Below, one piece after another: positions 26,736-36,874 of a stretch of 64,000 nt of DNA (position 1 is the stretch's first letter; each line of letters opens with the position of its first letter). The stretch covers positions 61,870-125,869 of the forward strand of contig CAVTUQ010000040.1 in NCBI GenBank assembly GCA_963737905.1. The letters run 5' to 3'. Made by a program: the position numbers and the translations under genes. The notes under the pieces were generated by a model. That model saw only the letters and a program-made list of their open reading frames with translations. It made no database searches and was not told the DNA's origin. This stretch comes from an uncultured delta proteobacterium. GTDB taxonomy: Bacteria > Desulfobacterota > Binatia > UBA9968.

Positions 26736-29645
26736 CTAGGACCGGGAATTTATCGATTCCCATAGCACCTCCGCCGGATGCTTCGCTCTCCTGCCTGCCA
26801 GGTGTTCGATCTGCTGGCGGCAGGAGATGCCGGGCGCCACTAGCTCGACGGCAGGGCTCGCGGCCTTGACCGCCGGTGCCAAACGCCGATTGCCTATCGT
26901 CAAAGATAAATCGTAGTGCTCTTTTTCGAAGCCAAAGGAACCGGCCATACCGCAGCAGCCCGAATCGATTTCGCTGACTTCGAAGCCGGCCTGCTTAAGA
27001 ACCGCGACAGTCGGCCCCGTCCCGACCAAGGCTTTTTGATGGCAGTGGCCGTGGAGCAGGACTTTGCGATTACCGTTGCTCCGACTCCAAGTTAATCGGC
27101 CTGCGTTCACTTCCCTCATCAGGAATTCTTCTAACAAAAAACTGTTTTCCGCTACTCGCTTGGCGTCGCTGGTTCGAAGAAACTCAGGATATTCGTCTCT
27201 GAGCGTAAGCAAACAGGAAGGCTCTAGACCAATGACTGGAACGCCCTTCGCAACCTCCGGGGCGAGTTGATCGACGTTCCAAGCCGCGTTGTTCTTCGCT
27301 TCTCCCAGCATACCCTTGGAAATCATCGGCCGGCCGCAGCAGCGTTTATTCACCAAGCGGACCTGATAACCCAGACGTTCCAAAAGACGCGTTGCTGCGA
27401 TGGCGACGTTCGGGGTATTGAAGTTATTGAACGTGTCGTGAAACAGAACCACTTCACCTTTTGCCCCGTCGCCCGACGCCTTGTGCTCCTCAAACCAGTC
27501 TTCAAAAGTGACCTCGGCAAAGCGAGGCAAGGGTCTCCGGCGATCGATCCCCGCGATTTTCTCCATTAGCCAACGGTTCAATCCGGACCCGGCGATCCAG
27601 TTCGACAATGGCGCAAACTGCGACCCGATACGGTTTAGTCGCTCGATGCCGCCAAACAGCCGATTCCGCAACGGGAGGCCGTTCGCCCGGTGATAGTGGT
27701 CGAGAAACTCGTACTTGAGCTTTGCCATATCCACGTTGGAAGGACACTCCGCCTTGCAGGCCTTGCACTCCAGGCAAAGATCCATTACCTCATAGAGCCG
27801 CTTGCCGGTAAATTCTTCTTTCGGGACCTTTCCCGAAAGCACAGCGCGCAAAGCATTCGCCCTGCCCCGCGTGGAGTGTTCTTCGTCGAGGGTTCCCATG
27901 TACGACGGGCACATGGTGCCGTCCAGCTTCTTACGGCACTCGCCCATGCCGCTGCACATCTCCACGGCACGCGCAAAACCGCCTTGGACGTCGAAGTCCA
28001 AGGTCGTATCCGGCTGCCACGTCTTGTACTGGGGACTGATCTTCAGCGACTCCGTCATGGCAGGCGCATCGACAATCTTTCCCGGATTCATGAGGTTCTT
28101 CGGATCAAAGGCGCGCTTCACCTGGCGGAAGGCTTCATAGAGGACAGGTCCAAAAAGTTTTTTGTTAAAATGGCTCCGCGCCAAGCCATCGCCATGTTCC
28201 CCCGACATGGCGCCATTGTACTCGAGGACGAGATCTGAGATCGCGTTGGCGATGGAGACCATTTTGGTCATTTCGCTGGGTTCCTTGAGGTTGATCAACG
28301 GGCGAATATGCATGCAGCCAACGGAACAATGGCCATAGTAGCCGGCGATGGCGTCGTGGTCTGTGATAATCTCTCTGAAACGCTTGATGAACTCCGGAAG
28401 CTTGGCCGGTGCGACGGCGGTGTCTTCGACGAACGCGATCGGTTTCTTGTCGCCCCTCGTCCCGAGCAGCAATCCGAGGCCGGCCTTTCTTACGCCCCAG
28501 ATCGCTTTGACCTCCTCTGGCTTGAATGCGAGGCTGGCGGTATAGCCGATCCGCTCTTTCTTTCGGAGTTCTTCTAGCTTGTAGACCTGCTCCTTGACCT
28601 CGTCTTCCGTTTCACCCGCATATTCCACCATCAACAGAGAATCAGGGTTCCCCTGCACGAAGCCCAGCTTTCTCGATTGCTCGATATTGCCCCGGGCCAA
28701 ATTGAGGATCATCTTATCCGTGGATTCCACCGCATAGGGCGCGGTTTGCAAAACCACCTGAGAGCATTCCAGCGCTTCTTGATCGCTGTAAAAGTGAATG
28801 ACATCCATCGCCGTCCACTTGGGCTTCGGCACCAAGCGCATTTTAGCCTCGACGACGGTGCCCAACGTCCCTTCGGAGCCGACGAGAATGCGCGACAGAT
28901 TAAAGGGCTGCGGCTTGATAAACTCATCCAGGTTGTAGCCGGAAACGCGACGCATGATCTTGGGATAACGCGCCAGGATTTCATCCTTGTGCTCTCGCGC
29001 CAGCTGCGCGATCTCCCGATGGATGCGTGCCTCGGAAGTTTCCGCTCTGCTCTTATCCTCCAACGACGCAGGCGATAAATCCTTCAGCATCACTTCGCTG
29101 CCATCGGACAGCAAGACGGTGAGTTCCAAGACGTGATCCAAGGTCTTGCCGTAGGTGAGTGAATGAGCGCCGGCGGAGTTGTTGCCGATCATGCCGCCGA
29201 TGGTGGCCCGGTTTGACGTTGAGGTGTCAGGCCCGAATTGCAGTCCCATCGGCCGGACGTGGGCATTAAGCTCGTCCTGGACGAGCCCCGGTTGAACGCG
29301 GCACCAGAGCTCTTCCCGGTTTACATCCATGACGTTTTTCATGTACTTCGAAAAATCTAAAACGATGGCATGCCCAACGGTTTGTCCGGCCAGGGACGTA
29401 CCCCCACCGCGGGGCAATACCGGCACGTTGAACTTGTTGGCGATTTCGATGACCGCCTGGACGTCACCCGTATGGCGCGGCACCACGACGCCGATGGGTT
29501 CAATCTGATACATGGAAGCATCCGTCGAATAGAGCAGACGCGAATAGGGGTCGAAGTGAACGTCTCCCTCGATACGCTTTTTCAATTCAGCGGCGATCTC
29601 AGAATATTCATTGTTCGTGTTGATCTTCATGTGGACCTCTCGCAT
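26736..29645 (-). CDS. FAD-linked oxidase with Fe-S and CCG domains (GlcD/GlpC-type, D-2-hydroxyacid dehydrogenase-like)
   Basis: PRGGGTSLAGQ, GSEGTL, SGEHGDG, CSGMGEC, CLECKAC, CCG motifs and HGHCHQ. Confidence 0.92.
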   Translation of the reverse strand: MREVHMKINTNNEYSEIAAELKKRIEGDVHFDPYSRLLYSTDASMYQIEPIGVVVPRHTGDVQAVIEIANKFNVPVLPRGGGTSLAGQTVGHAIVLDFSKYMKNVMDVNREELWCRVQPGLVQDELNAHVRPMGLQFGPDTSTSNRATIGGMIGNNSAGAHSLTYGKTLDHVLELTVLLSDGSEVMLKDLSPASLEDKSRAETSEARIHREIAQLAREHKDEILARYPKIMRRVSGYNLDEFIKPQPFNLSRILVGSEGTLGTVVEAKMRLVPKPKWTAMDVIHFYSDQEALECSQVVLQTAPYAVESTDKMILNLARGNIEQSRKLGFVQGNPDSLLMVEYAGETEDEVKEQVYKLEELRKKERIGYTASLAFKPEEVKAIWGVRKAGLGLLLGTRGDKKPIAFVEDTAVAPAKLPEFIKRFREIITDHDAIAGYYGHCSVGCMHIRPLINLKEPSEMTKMVSIANAISDLVLEYNGAMSGEHGDGLARSHFNKKLFGPVLYEAFRQVKRAFDPKNLMNPGKIVDAPAMTESLKISPQYKTWQPDTTLDFDVQGGFARAVEMCSGMGECRKKLDGTMCPSYMGTLDEEHSTRGRANALRAVLSGKVPKEEFTGKRLYEVMDLCLECKACKAECPSNVDMAKLKYEFLDHYHRANGLPLRNRLFGGIERLNRIGSQFAPLSNWIAGSGLNRWLMEKIAGIDRRRPLPRFAEVTFEDWFEEHKASGDGAKGEVVLFHDTFNNFNTPNVAIAATRLLERLGYQVRLVNKRCCGRPMISKGMLGEAKNNAAWNVDQLAPEVAKGVPVIGLEPSCLLTLRDEYPEFLRTSDAKRVAENSFLLEEFLMREVNAGRLTWSRSNGNRKVLLHGHCHQKALVGTGPTVAVLKQAGFEVSEIDSGCCGMAGSFGFEKEHYDLSLTIGNRRLAPAVKAASPAVELVAPGISCRQQIEHLAGRRAKHPAEVLWESINSRS

Positions 29646-29672
29646 ACAGACTAGAACTCGAGTCGTCTGCTC

Positions 29673-30566
29673 TCAAGCCCAACGCATCACCAGCACCCCG
29701 ATGACAACCAATGCCGCAGCGATCCCATCTCTGAATGTCACAATTTCTATCCCTTTCAGGGTAACGCGCGCAAGAAAAAAACTGATGATCGGCTGCGTAT
29801 TCCAGATGGGCGCGACGACCGAAGCGGGCGCGTAAAGGAGCGCGTTCAAAGTAAAGACGGAACCGATAGCCTGCAGCACCCCGGCGAAGACAAAACAAAG
29901 AAAGCTCGGCAGTGGGACCTTTTGCCATTTCAACTCTATCTTGAGCAGACTGCCGACGGTAAGCAACAGGAGCAAGCCTGTCGTATGGATGGTCAAAGCA
30001 CCCAGCATCGGAGAGCCGCCGCTATCCGTGGCAAACTTCTTCATGACGGGCACCAGCCCATAACAAATCGTCGCCAGAACCGAAGTTACCGTGAGGATTC
30101 GTTTGGCGGGACCGCGACTCGGGTGCGGTTCGGCCTTGGGAATGAAAAATATGCCGGAGACAATAAGGAGGACGCCGACAAGAACCGTCATTGTAAGATG
30201 CTCGCCGAGCAGCAACGCCGCCAGGATAACGGTTACCAAGGGCGAAGTGTTATTCACTAACTGCGCCCGCGTCGCTCCGATCTGATCAACGCTCTTCACG
30301 AAGAGGGTCCGCCCCAGATAAGCACCGACGATACCGATGGCGATGAAGACGGGCATGGCCGCCGTGGATACGCGGCCCGTGCCAACCGATCCCTCTACAA
30401 ACGTGAATACAATAAGAGTGAGAAGAATGGCGGCCTGTTGAATCAAAGTCGCCGTGCTCACGTCTGAGCCGACCAGCCCCCGTTTGACCAGCACAGGGCT
30501 CGCCCCCCAGAAAAAGCCGGCGATGAGCGCATATAAGATTCCGGTTTCCATGGTCTGGTCCGGCAA
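29673..30566 (-). CDS. EamA/DMT-family transporter
   Basis: About 10 hydrophobic helices in two repeats, with LLGEHL. Confidence 0.85.
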   Translation of the reverse strand: MPDQTMETGILYALIAGFFWGASPVLVKRGLVGSDVSTATLIQQAAILLTLIVFTFVEGSVGTGRVSTAAMPVFIAIGIVGAYLGRTLFVKSVDQIGATRAQLVNNTSPLVTVILAALLLGEHLTMTVLVGVLLIVSGIFFIPKAEPHPSRGPAKRILTVTSVLATICYGLVPVMKKFATDSGGSPMLGALTIHTTGLLLLLTVGSLLKIELKWQKVPLPSFLCFVFAGVLQAIGSVFTLNALLYAPASVVAPIWNTQPIISFFLARVTLKGIEIVTFRDGIAAALVVIGVLVMRWA

Positions 30567-30569
30567 GGA

Positions 30570-31247
30570 TTACAACACCGACCTGGCCCGATTAAAAACG
30601 GCGTGAAACATCGGTGGCGTGAGCTTTCCGGTGAATGTGTTTTGCTGGCTGGGATGATAAGAACATATCAACGTCACACCACTCGACAACACGACTGTTG
30701 CGCCGTGGCCAAACCGCGGCCGCGGCTTGGGCACCGTCCCGCCGTTTTCCTGATGGGCCGCAAGAAACGCGTCAAAGGCGATCTTTCCCAGCGTAACGAC
30801 CACACGAACGTCTTTGAATAGCCTGACCTCTTGAACCAAGTAAGGGCGGCAGCGCTCAAATTCTATTCGGCTCGGCTTATTGTCCGGCGGCGCACACCGA
30901 ACGGCAGCGGTAATGTAACAATCCCTGAGTTTCAGACCGTCGTCTCGGTGCACCGACTCCTGCTGATTGGCGAATCCGGCAGCGTGCAGCGCGCCATAAA
31001 GCCAGTCACCGCTGCGATCGCCGGTAAACATTCTGCCGGTTCGATTGCCGCCATGCGCCGCAGGGGCCAAACCCACGATCAGCAGCCGCGCATTGGGATC
31101 GCCAAACCCTGGCAAAGGTTTTGCCCAATACTTTTGACCTTGGTACCGCCGCGGTGGTTCTTTGGCGACTCCTTCGCGCCAGCGCACCAGCCGCGGGCAT
31201 TTGCGACAAGAGGTTATCCTATGTTGGAGCTGTTGAAGATCCTCCAT
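30570..31247 (-). CDS. Uracil-DNA glycosylase, family 5 (UdgB-like)
   Basis: CRKCPRL, GLAPAAHGGNRTGRMFTGD and SYHPSQQN. Confidence 0.92.
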   Translation of the reverse strand: MEDLQQLQHRITSCRKCPRLVRWREGVAKEPPRRYQGQKYWAKPLPGFGDPNARLLIVGLAPAAHGGNRTGRMFTGDRSGDWLYGALHAAGFANQQESVHRDDGLKLRDCYITAAVRCAPPDNKPSRIEFERCRPYLVQEVRLFKDVRVVVTLGKIAFDAFLAAHQENGGTVPKPRPRFGHGATVVLSSGVTLICSYHPSQQNTFTGKLTPPMFHAVFNRARSVL

Positions 31248-31569
31248 GGCTGTTTGTTAGCACAAAGATCACAAAAAAAGCAGTTCCATCGCCAGCACAG
31301 AAAAGTCCTATCGAGTCGGTCCCATGCCTTTGTCTTCGACTTTTTTCTAACATGATCACTTTGCTACAACAGTCTTCGACTTTTTTCTTGCCATCACGAT
31401 ACTTCTTCGTTAAGATTTAACTGTTCGCTGGCCGCGAAGCGCAAAGCTTCATTGGCCAGAGATGAGTGCGAGTGAAATCCGACCATCACCCTTCGCCAGA
31501 CTTTTCCCCCATCCGGCCCGTCGTTGACAACAGCTCGCACACCAACGCTTTTAGTGTGAAGGAGACTCT

Positions 31570-32181
31570 ATGTTTGGTTACAATCCGATCATTCTTCGAG
31601 GCGCTTTACAAGAACGACAATTGCTGGACAAGCTCTTTCGCATTCTTCTTAAAGTGATCCATGAAATTCCGACGAGCACCGAGAAAGAAACGAGCGAAGC
31701 CCTGATCCGATCTCGTAAGCTGATCTCGGAGGCCTCCTTCAGGGCCGCTGCAATCTCCGGAGCCCTCGCCCTGCCGTTGGGGGCCTTGGGATGGTTGACG
31801 ATTCTCCCGGATCTCGCGGCCATCTGGCGGCTGCAGGCGCAAATGGTGGCCGACATCGGCGCCGTGTTCGGCAAAAAAGGAAAGCTGACGGAAGAATCGA
31901 TGATCTACTGTTTGTTCCGCCATGCCGCCGCCCAGGTCGTGCGCGACCTGGTGACGCGCATGGGCGAGAGAGTCGTCGTACAGCGCGGTTCGTTGCGTGT
32001 GGCTGAAAACGTGCTGGAAAGTATCGGCATCAAGCTCGTTCACCGCGTCGCCCGCGGCGGACTCTGGCGACTCCTGCCCGCCATCGGCGCCGTAGCCGTC
32101 GCCGGCTACGCTTACTATGACACCGAACAAGTCGGTCACACTGCCATCGAGTTTTTTAGCAAGGACATCGACTTCGAGTAA
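31570..32181 (+). CDS. EcsC-family protein
   Basis: GWLTILPDLAAIWRLQAQMVADIGAVFG and RLLPAIGA; GGAG RBS. Confidence 0.75.
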   Translation: MFGYNPIILRGALQERQLLDKLFRILLKVIHEIPTSTEKETSEALIRSRKLISEASFRAAAISGALALPLGALGWLTILPDLAAIWRLQAQMVADIGAVFGKKGKLTEESMIYCLFRHAAAQVVRDLVTRMGERVVVQRGSLRVAENVLESIGIKLVHRVARGGLWRLLPAIGAVAVAGYAYYDTEQVGHTAIEFFSKDIDFE

Positions 32182-32204
32182 GAGCCCAAGCCAACGAGCG
32201 TCTG

Positions 32205-32816
32205 ATGAAACAATGGCGCCGGGTCTTTTTTATCTCCGCAATTCTACTCATGAGGATCGAGCACATGGAATTCGGCTCCCAAGAAGATGCCTCGATCGGG
32301 GTCGCTTATGCGGAAGAGCAGGATCGTGATTCCAGGTATATTGCGCCGTTCGTGCCCACACCGCAAGAAGTGGTCGATCGGATGCTGGAGCTGGCTCGAG
32401 TCGGCCCGGGGGACCTGCTTTATGATCTCGGATCGGGAGACGGAAGAATCGTGATAACGGCGGCCAAACGATATGGGGCCAGGGCCGTCGGTTTTGAGAT
32501 CGATCCTGCGCTGGTGACGGATTCTGAGCGCAATATCAAAGAAGCCGGCGTAGAGCACCTTGCCGAAATTCGTGAGGAGGACATCCGGACCGTGGACCTG
32601 TCGCCTGCCACCGTGGTGACGATGTATCTCTATCCCGGGGCCAACCTCCGGCTCCGAGCCGCGATCATGCGCCAGTTGAAACCGGGCTCCAGGGTGGTTT
32701 CTCACGATTTCAGCATGGGGGATTGGAAACCTGATCGGGTGGAACAGATGACCGACTCGGGTGGCTTGTCGCGAACGATCTATCTCTGGCGCATTGGAGA
32801 TCGGAGCACGCCCTGA
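32205..32816 (+). CDS. SAM-dependent methyltransferase
   Basis: PFVPTP, YDLGSGDGRI and LKPGSRVVSHDF. Confidence 0.9.
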   Translation: MKQWRRVFFISAILLMRIEHMEFGSQEDASIGVAYAEEQDRDSRYIAPFVPTPQEVVDRMLELARVGPGDLLYDLGSGDGRIVITAAKRYGARAVGFEIDPALVTDSERNIKEAGVEHLAEIREEDIRTVDLSPATVVTMYLYPGANLRLRAAIMRQLKPGSRVVSHDFSMGDWKPDRVEQMTDSGGLSRTIYLWRIGDRSTP

Positions 32817-32850
32817 GACGATGGTCTCCCGTCTTGACATCTGAGAGCCA

Positions 32851-33186
32851 TTGGCAAAACAAACTGGATGTCATATTGACCAGTTCTCATCGATGCGCCA
32901 CAGTAGGATGAGAAAAGGGGGACTGCCAGTGCCGCAATACGACATTTACGTGCGTTGCGTTGAATGTACCGCCGTGCATCCCATGCGCATTCGCATTCAC
33001 CTGGACAACGGTCCGGTGGAGAAACAGAGTATCGCCGAAACTTACCAAGGAAGAGTGCGGCCTCCACAGCTTCAAGCTATCGAAGGCCACAAAACCCTAT
33101 GTTTAAAGACAGGGCGGATGTTCGTACAAGAAAACCACAATCAAATATTTTTAGTCCCTAGCTACAGCTCGGAACGCATTACCTAG
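32851..33186 (+). CDS. Small hypothetical protein (CxxC...H, possibly Zn-binding); true start probably later (~32929)
   Basis: YDIYVRCVECTAVHPM...LCLKTGR. Confidence 0.5.
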   Translation: MAKQTGCHIDQFSSMRHSRMRKGGLPVPQYDIYVRCVECTAVHPMRIRIHLDNGPVEKQSIAETYQGRVRPPQLQAIEGHKTLCLKTGRMFVQENHNQIFLVPSYSSERIT

Positions 33187-33296
33187 ATGCGAGTCGCACT
33201 ACAACAACCATCCACGAAAAGCTGCGGGTCCAATTCCAAAAGTCCCAGGGAACTTCTAAAGAGACTGGACTAGCGATCGCCGGGCAGAGGAAGAGC

Positions 33297-33902
33297 ATGG
33301 CGATTGTGCCATGCGCTGACAATTTGACACTATGCGCTGTCAAATTGCCAGCCATGAGCTCTAGAGACCCGGTATTTTGGGCTTTTCTTCCTGGCGTGCC
33401 CTTTGCTCTTTTTTGGTGCATGAACACTGCCCAAAGATTCCTGCTATCACAACCCAACCCCATTACGAATTCGGAAATAGCCAGCGCCCATCTCGCGCGC
33501 GGTGAAGTAGCCGAGGCCGACGAGGAATGGGGACTAGCCCTGGAGCATTACGGAATCGGCCTATCGCTTTTGCCGAAAGAGACCCCCACGCTATATTTTC
33601 TTTTCAACAATGCCGCCCATTGCCTCAATGCGCTGGAGCTTTACTCCGAGGGAGAGAGCTACTGCCGTCGCGCTATCGAAATAGACCCGACTCGCCCCGA
33701 GGCCTATAAGAATTTGGCGGCTGCCCGCCGCGCCCAAGGTAACTTCAGAGGCTCGGCGTTGTGCTTGGTCGAAGCTATCAAAATTGATCCCTCCGATGAG
33801 CGCGCCGTGCGCCTTCTCAACCAGCTGTTAATGGATTATCCCACCCTGTCGCTGCAATACCCTCAGATCGCCCGAGAGCTCGAACTGCTAGAACGCAGGT
33901 AA
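33297..33902 (+). CDS. TPR-repeat protein (start uncertain)
   Basis: YCRRAIEIDPTRPEAYKNLA and AIKIDP. Confidence 0.75.
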   Translation: MAIVPCADNLTLCAVKLPAMSSRDPVFWAFLPGVPFALFWCMNTAQRFLLSQPNPITNSEIASAHLARGEVAEADEEWGLALEHYGIGLSLLPKETPTLYFLFNNAAHCLNALELYSEGESYCRRAIEIDPTRPEAYKNLAAARRAQGNFRGSALCLVEAIKIDPSDERAVRLLNQLLMDYPTLSLQYPQIARELELLERR

Positions 33903-34272
33903 AGTTTCCCCGCGCACCCCCCTAGTCCAGACCCTTTTCGTCAGCCAAGCCGAGCCGCCTGGAAAACCCAAAACAGAACAAGGCAGTTTCACCAAAGGCT
34001 CTCATAAGTTAATCGAAAATAACCGGCGGATGACCGAACCCGGAATCCCGGAGAAGGGCTGACGATCGAAGATCGAGGATATGGAGGATGGATTTGTAAT
34101 CGCAACAGGTCCTTTATTCACTGTTTTCGATGATCGAATCTCCGCTATCATCGATCCTCTATACTCTATCTTCCATCTCCCGCCTCCATTTCCTTGACGG
34201 TCGGAGAGCCATCTGCTATAGGGGGTCAAAGAGTATAACTAAGAGCGACGCTCACGAAAAAGCGCTACTGAA

Positions 34273-35895
34273 ATGCAAGAATTCGATGTGTTGGTCATCG
34301 GTGGTGGAGCTTCAGGCCTGAGGGCCGCCATTGCCGCAAAACGCGCCGGAGCCTCAGTAGGACTCATTTCAAAAGTCCACCCGCTGAGAACAAACTCAGC
34401 AATCGCGCAGGGCGGTCTCAATGCGCCGTTGGGTAGGGACGACTCGCCTGACAATTTTGCGGCGGACACGATTCTAGCAGGAGACGAATTGTGCGATCGT
34501 GATGTGGTTAAGGCATTGACCCAAGAGGCATCAAAAGAGGTTATCGGGCTTGAACGAATGGGGGTGCCCTTCAATCGCGATACGGAAGGACGACTGGATC
34601 TTAGAGGCTTTGGATCAAACCGCCAGAATCGAACTTGCTACGCCGATGATCGAACCGGGTACATCGTCCTGCAAGTCCTTCATGAACAGTTTCAGCGCGA
34701 GCAAATCCCATCATTCGCGGAGTGGTTTGTTACCTCATTGGTCGTCGAGGGAGGGACCTGCGTTGGAGCCATCGCCCTCGGTCTTAGGAACGGTAAATTA
34801 GATTCATTTTCAGCGCGCTCGACTGTCCTGGCCTCCGGTGGCTTCACGCGCTTCTATCTCCCTTCCACCGCTTCTCTTGGAACTACGGGCGACGGCCAGT
34901 CTCTCGCTTATGAAGCCGGTGCGAGGTTGATGGACATGGAGATGATTCAGTTCCATCCTTTAGTCTTTCCCAAGAAGCAAGGTTTATTGATCACCGAAGC
35001 AGCCCTAAACGCGGGTGCGCAAATTGTCAATCAGAAGGGTGAATCTATAACCGATCTCAAAGGGATGCCACGTCACAAAATCTGTCTTGCCATCCATCGG
35101 GCTATGCAGAACGGAGGAGGCGTTGTCTCCCTTGACCTGCGACCGATTGGCAAAGACAAACTTCGAGGCTATTTTCCTCAGACTCAGGAATTGCTCCGGA
35201 CCGTCGCCGGCTTGGATATTACGAAAGACCTCGTGCCCATTCGGCCGCTGGCACACCGGCCCATAGGGGGAATTGAAACTAACGCGGCTGGAGAGACCTC
35301 GGTACCGGGTCTATTTGCGGTTGGGGAATGCGCATGTAACGGCCTCAACGGCGCGGGTCGGCTTGCGGGAAATGCATTGACCGAGGCGGTCGTCTTTGGA
35401 AGACGGGCGGGAGAGAGTGCGGCGAAGCACGCGTCGGCCGGATCGGAAAAAAGTTTTCCAGCAGCTAAGGTAGCGGACGAAGAAAAGCAACTCGCCAGGC
35501 TCATATCAGCGGAATCGTCTACCGATTCACTGGGAAAAATCCACGGCGAACTGGGACATTTGATGAATGAAAAAGTTGGCCTCGTCAGGAACGGCACGGG
35601 ATTACAAGAGGCATTGGGTCACATTCAAAATCTGAAGGATCGGTACTCAAAGCTTCGAGTCAAGAATCCATCCAGGATCTACAACTACGAGCTTACCTCC
35701 TACCTTGAGCTGGGCTCGATGCTAACGCTAGCAGAGGTCGTGTCGTTGGCGGCTGGGGCACGGACCGAGAGCCGAGGAGCGCATCAGCGATCGGATTTTT
35801 CAGAACGAGATGATACCAACTGGAAGAACCATACCCTCGTGAGCTTGGCAGGGGAATCCGGGCACCTGAAGACAAAGCCAGTGGCTGGCGGCTAA
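34273..35895 (+). CDS. sdhA: Succinate dehydrogenase/fumarate reductase flavoprotein homolog (divergent)
   Basis: GGGASG, AQGG, QFHP, GRLAGNAL and ESRGAH. The covalent-FAD His position is Asn (RTNS). Confidence 0.85.
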   Translation: MQEFDVLVIGGGASGLRAAIAAKRAGASVGLISKVHPLRTNSAIAQGGLNAPLGRDDSPDNFAADTILAGDELCDRDVVKALTQEASKEVIGLERMGVPFNRDTEGRLDLRGFGSNRQNRTCYADDRTGYIVLQVLHEQFQREQIPSFAEWFVTSLVVEGGTCVGAIALGLRNGKLDSFSARSTVLASGGFTRFYLPSTASLGTTGDGQSLAYEAGARLMDMEMIQFHPLVFPKKQGLLITEAALNAGAQIVNQKGESITDLKGMPRHKICLAIHRAMQNGGGVVSLDLRPIGKDKLRGYFPQTQELLRTVAGLDITKDLVPIRPLAHRPIGGIETNAAGETSVPGLFAVGECACNGLNGAGRLAGNALTEAVVFGRRAGESAAKHASAGSEKSFPAAKVADEEKQLARLISAESSTDSLGKIHGELGHLMNEKVGLVRNGTGLQEALGHIQNLKDRYSKLRVKNPSRIYNYELTSYLELGSMLTLAEVVSLAAGARTESRGAHQRSDFSERDDTNWKNHTLVSLAGESGHLKTKPVAGG

Positions 35896-35914
35896 AGACC
35901 GGGAGGAGGTTTTG

Positions 35915-36874
35915 ATGGAAGTTACTTTCAAGGTTTATCGCAAGGACCCTGAGAAAGACGGCAAACCAGGTCGTTCCAACTACACTCTGGACTTGGCCGA
36001 AGATGCCACGGTTTTGGAGGCTCTGCTAAAAATCCGTGACGAGACCGACAGCACTCTGAGCTTTCGCGGATGTTGTGGCCGGGGTTACTGCGGCGAGTGC
36101 ATGATGCGCGTGAATGGTAGCGCCCGCCTCGCCTGCACCGCCAAAGTGCCTGACTATACAAAGAAGGGTCCGGAAATTTCACTCGACCCGCTGCGCAACG
36201 TGCCGGTCATCAAGGACCTGGTTTTCGATTGGGACGCCTTCATGTGGAACAAGATTGAACAAGTGAAGCCGTGGCTGGAACCTGACGATTCGCCTGTGAA
36301 CGGGGAAATCTTGACATCGGACACCGAGATGAAGGATCTGAGAAAAGTGATGAGTTGCTTTTACTGCGGGATGTGCGACGAGGGTTGTACGGTCCTGCCG
36401 GTGGATTTTGATTTTCTCGGACCGGCGGCTTTAACCAAAGCCTATCGGCTGGCCTTCGATCCACGGAACAAAAATTCCCGGGAACAAGTGAAGATCGTTG
36501 AAAAGCCCAAGGGTATATGGGATTGCGTTCACTGTTACGAGGCGGACGAACATTGTCCGAGAGGCATTGAACCAACGAAGCGCATTGTTGCCCTGAGAGA
36601 CAAGGCCTTTAACTCTGGGATCACACATGAGGCCGTCGCCCGGCACCACGCAAGCTTTGCTTCATCCGTTAAGGAAAGCGGGTGGCTGGATGAGGGCCGT
36701 CTGGCCGTTGAATCTGAAGGACTGACAAACGTCAAAGGCCTCATGAAACTCCTTCCCACAGCAGCGAAAGCGCTCGCCCGAGGGAAGGCGCCGATTCCGT
36801 ACATGCATTCGAAGCGGCCCGAGGCTGATAAGATCAAGAAAATTTTCGAGAAAGCTGAGCAGGAGGAAAAATGA
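35915..36874 (+). CDS. sdhB: SDH/FRD iron-sulfur subunit, long (type E-like)
   Basis: CCGRGYCGEC...C, CFYCGMCDEGC, CVHCYEADEHCP and a C-terminal extension. Confidence 0.88.
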   Translation: MEVTFKVYRKDPEKDGKPGRSNYTLDLAEDATVLEALLKIRDETDSTLSFRGCCGRGYCGECMMRVNGSARLACTAKVPDYTKKGPEISLDPLRNVPVIKDLVFDWDAFMWNKIEQVKPWLEPDDSPVNGEILTSDTEMKDLRKVMSCFYCGMCDEGCTVLPVDFDFLGPAALTKAYRLAFDPRNKNSREQVKIVEKPKGIWDCVHCYEADEHCPRGIEPTKRIVALRDKAFNSGITHEAVARHHASFASSVKESGWLDEGRLAVESEGLTNVKGLMKLLPTAAKALARGKAPIPYMHSKRPEADKIKKIFEKAEQEEK

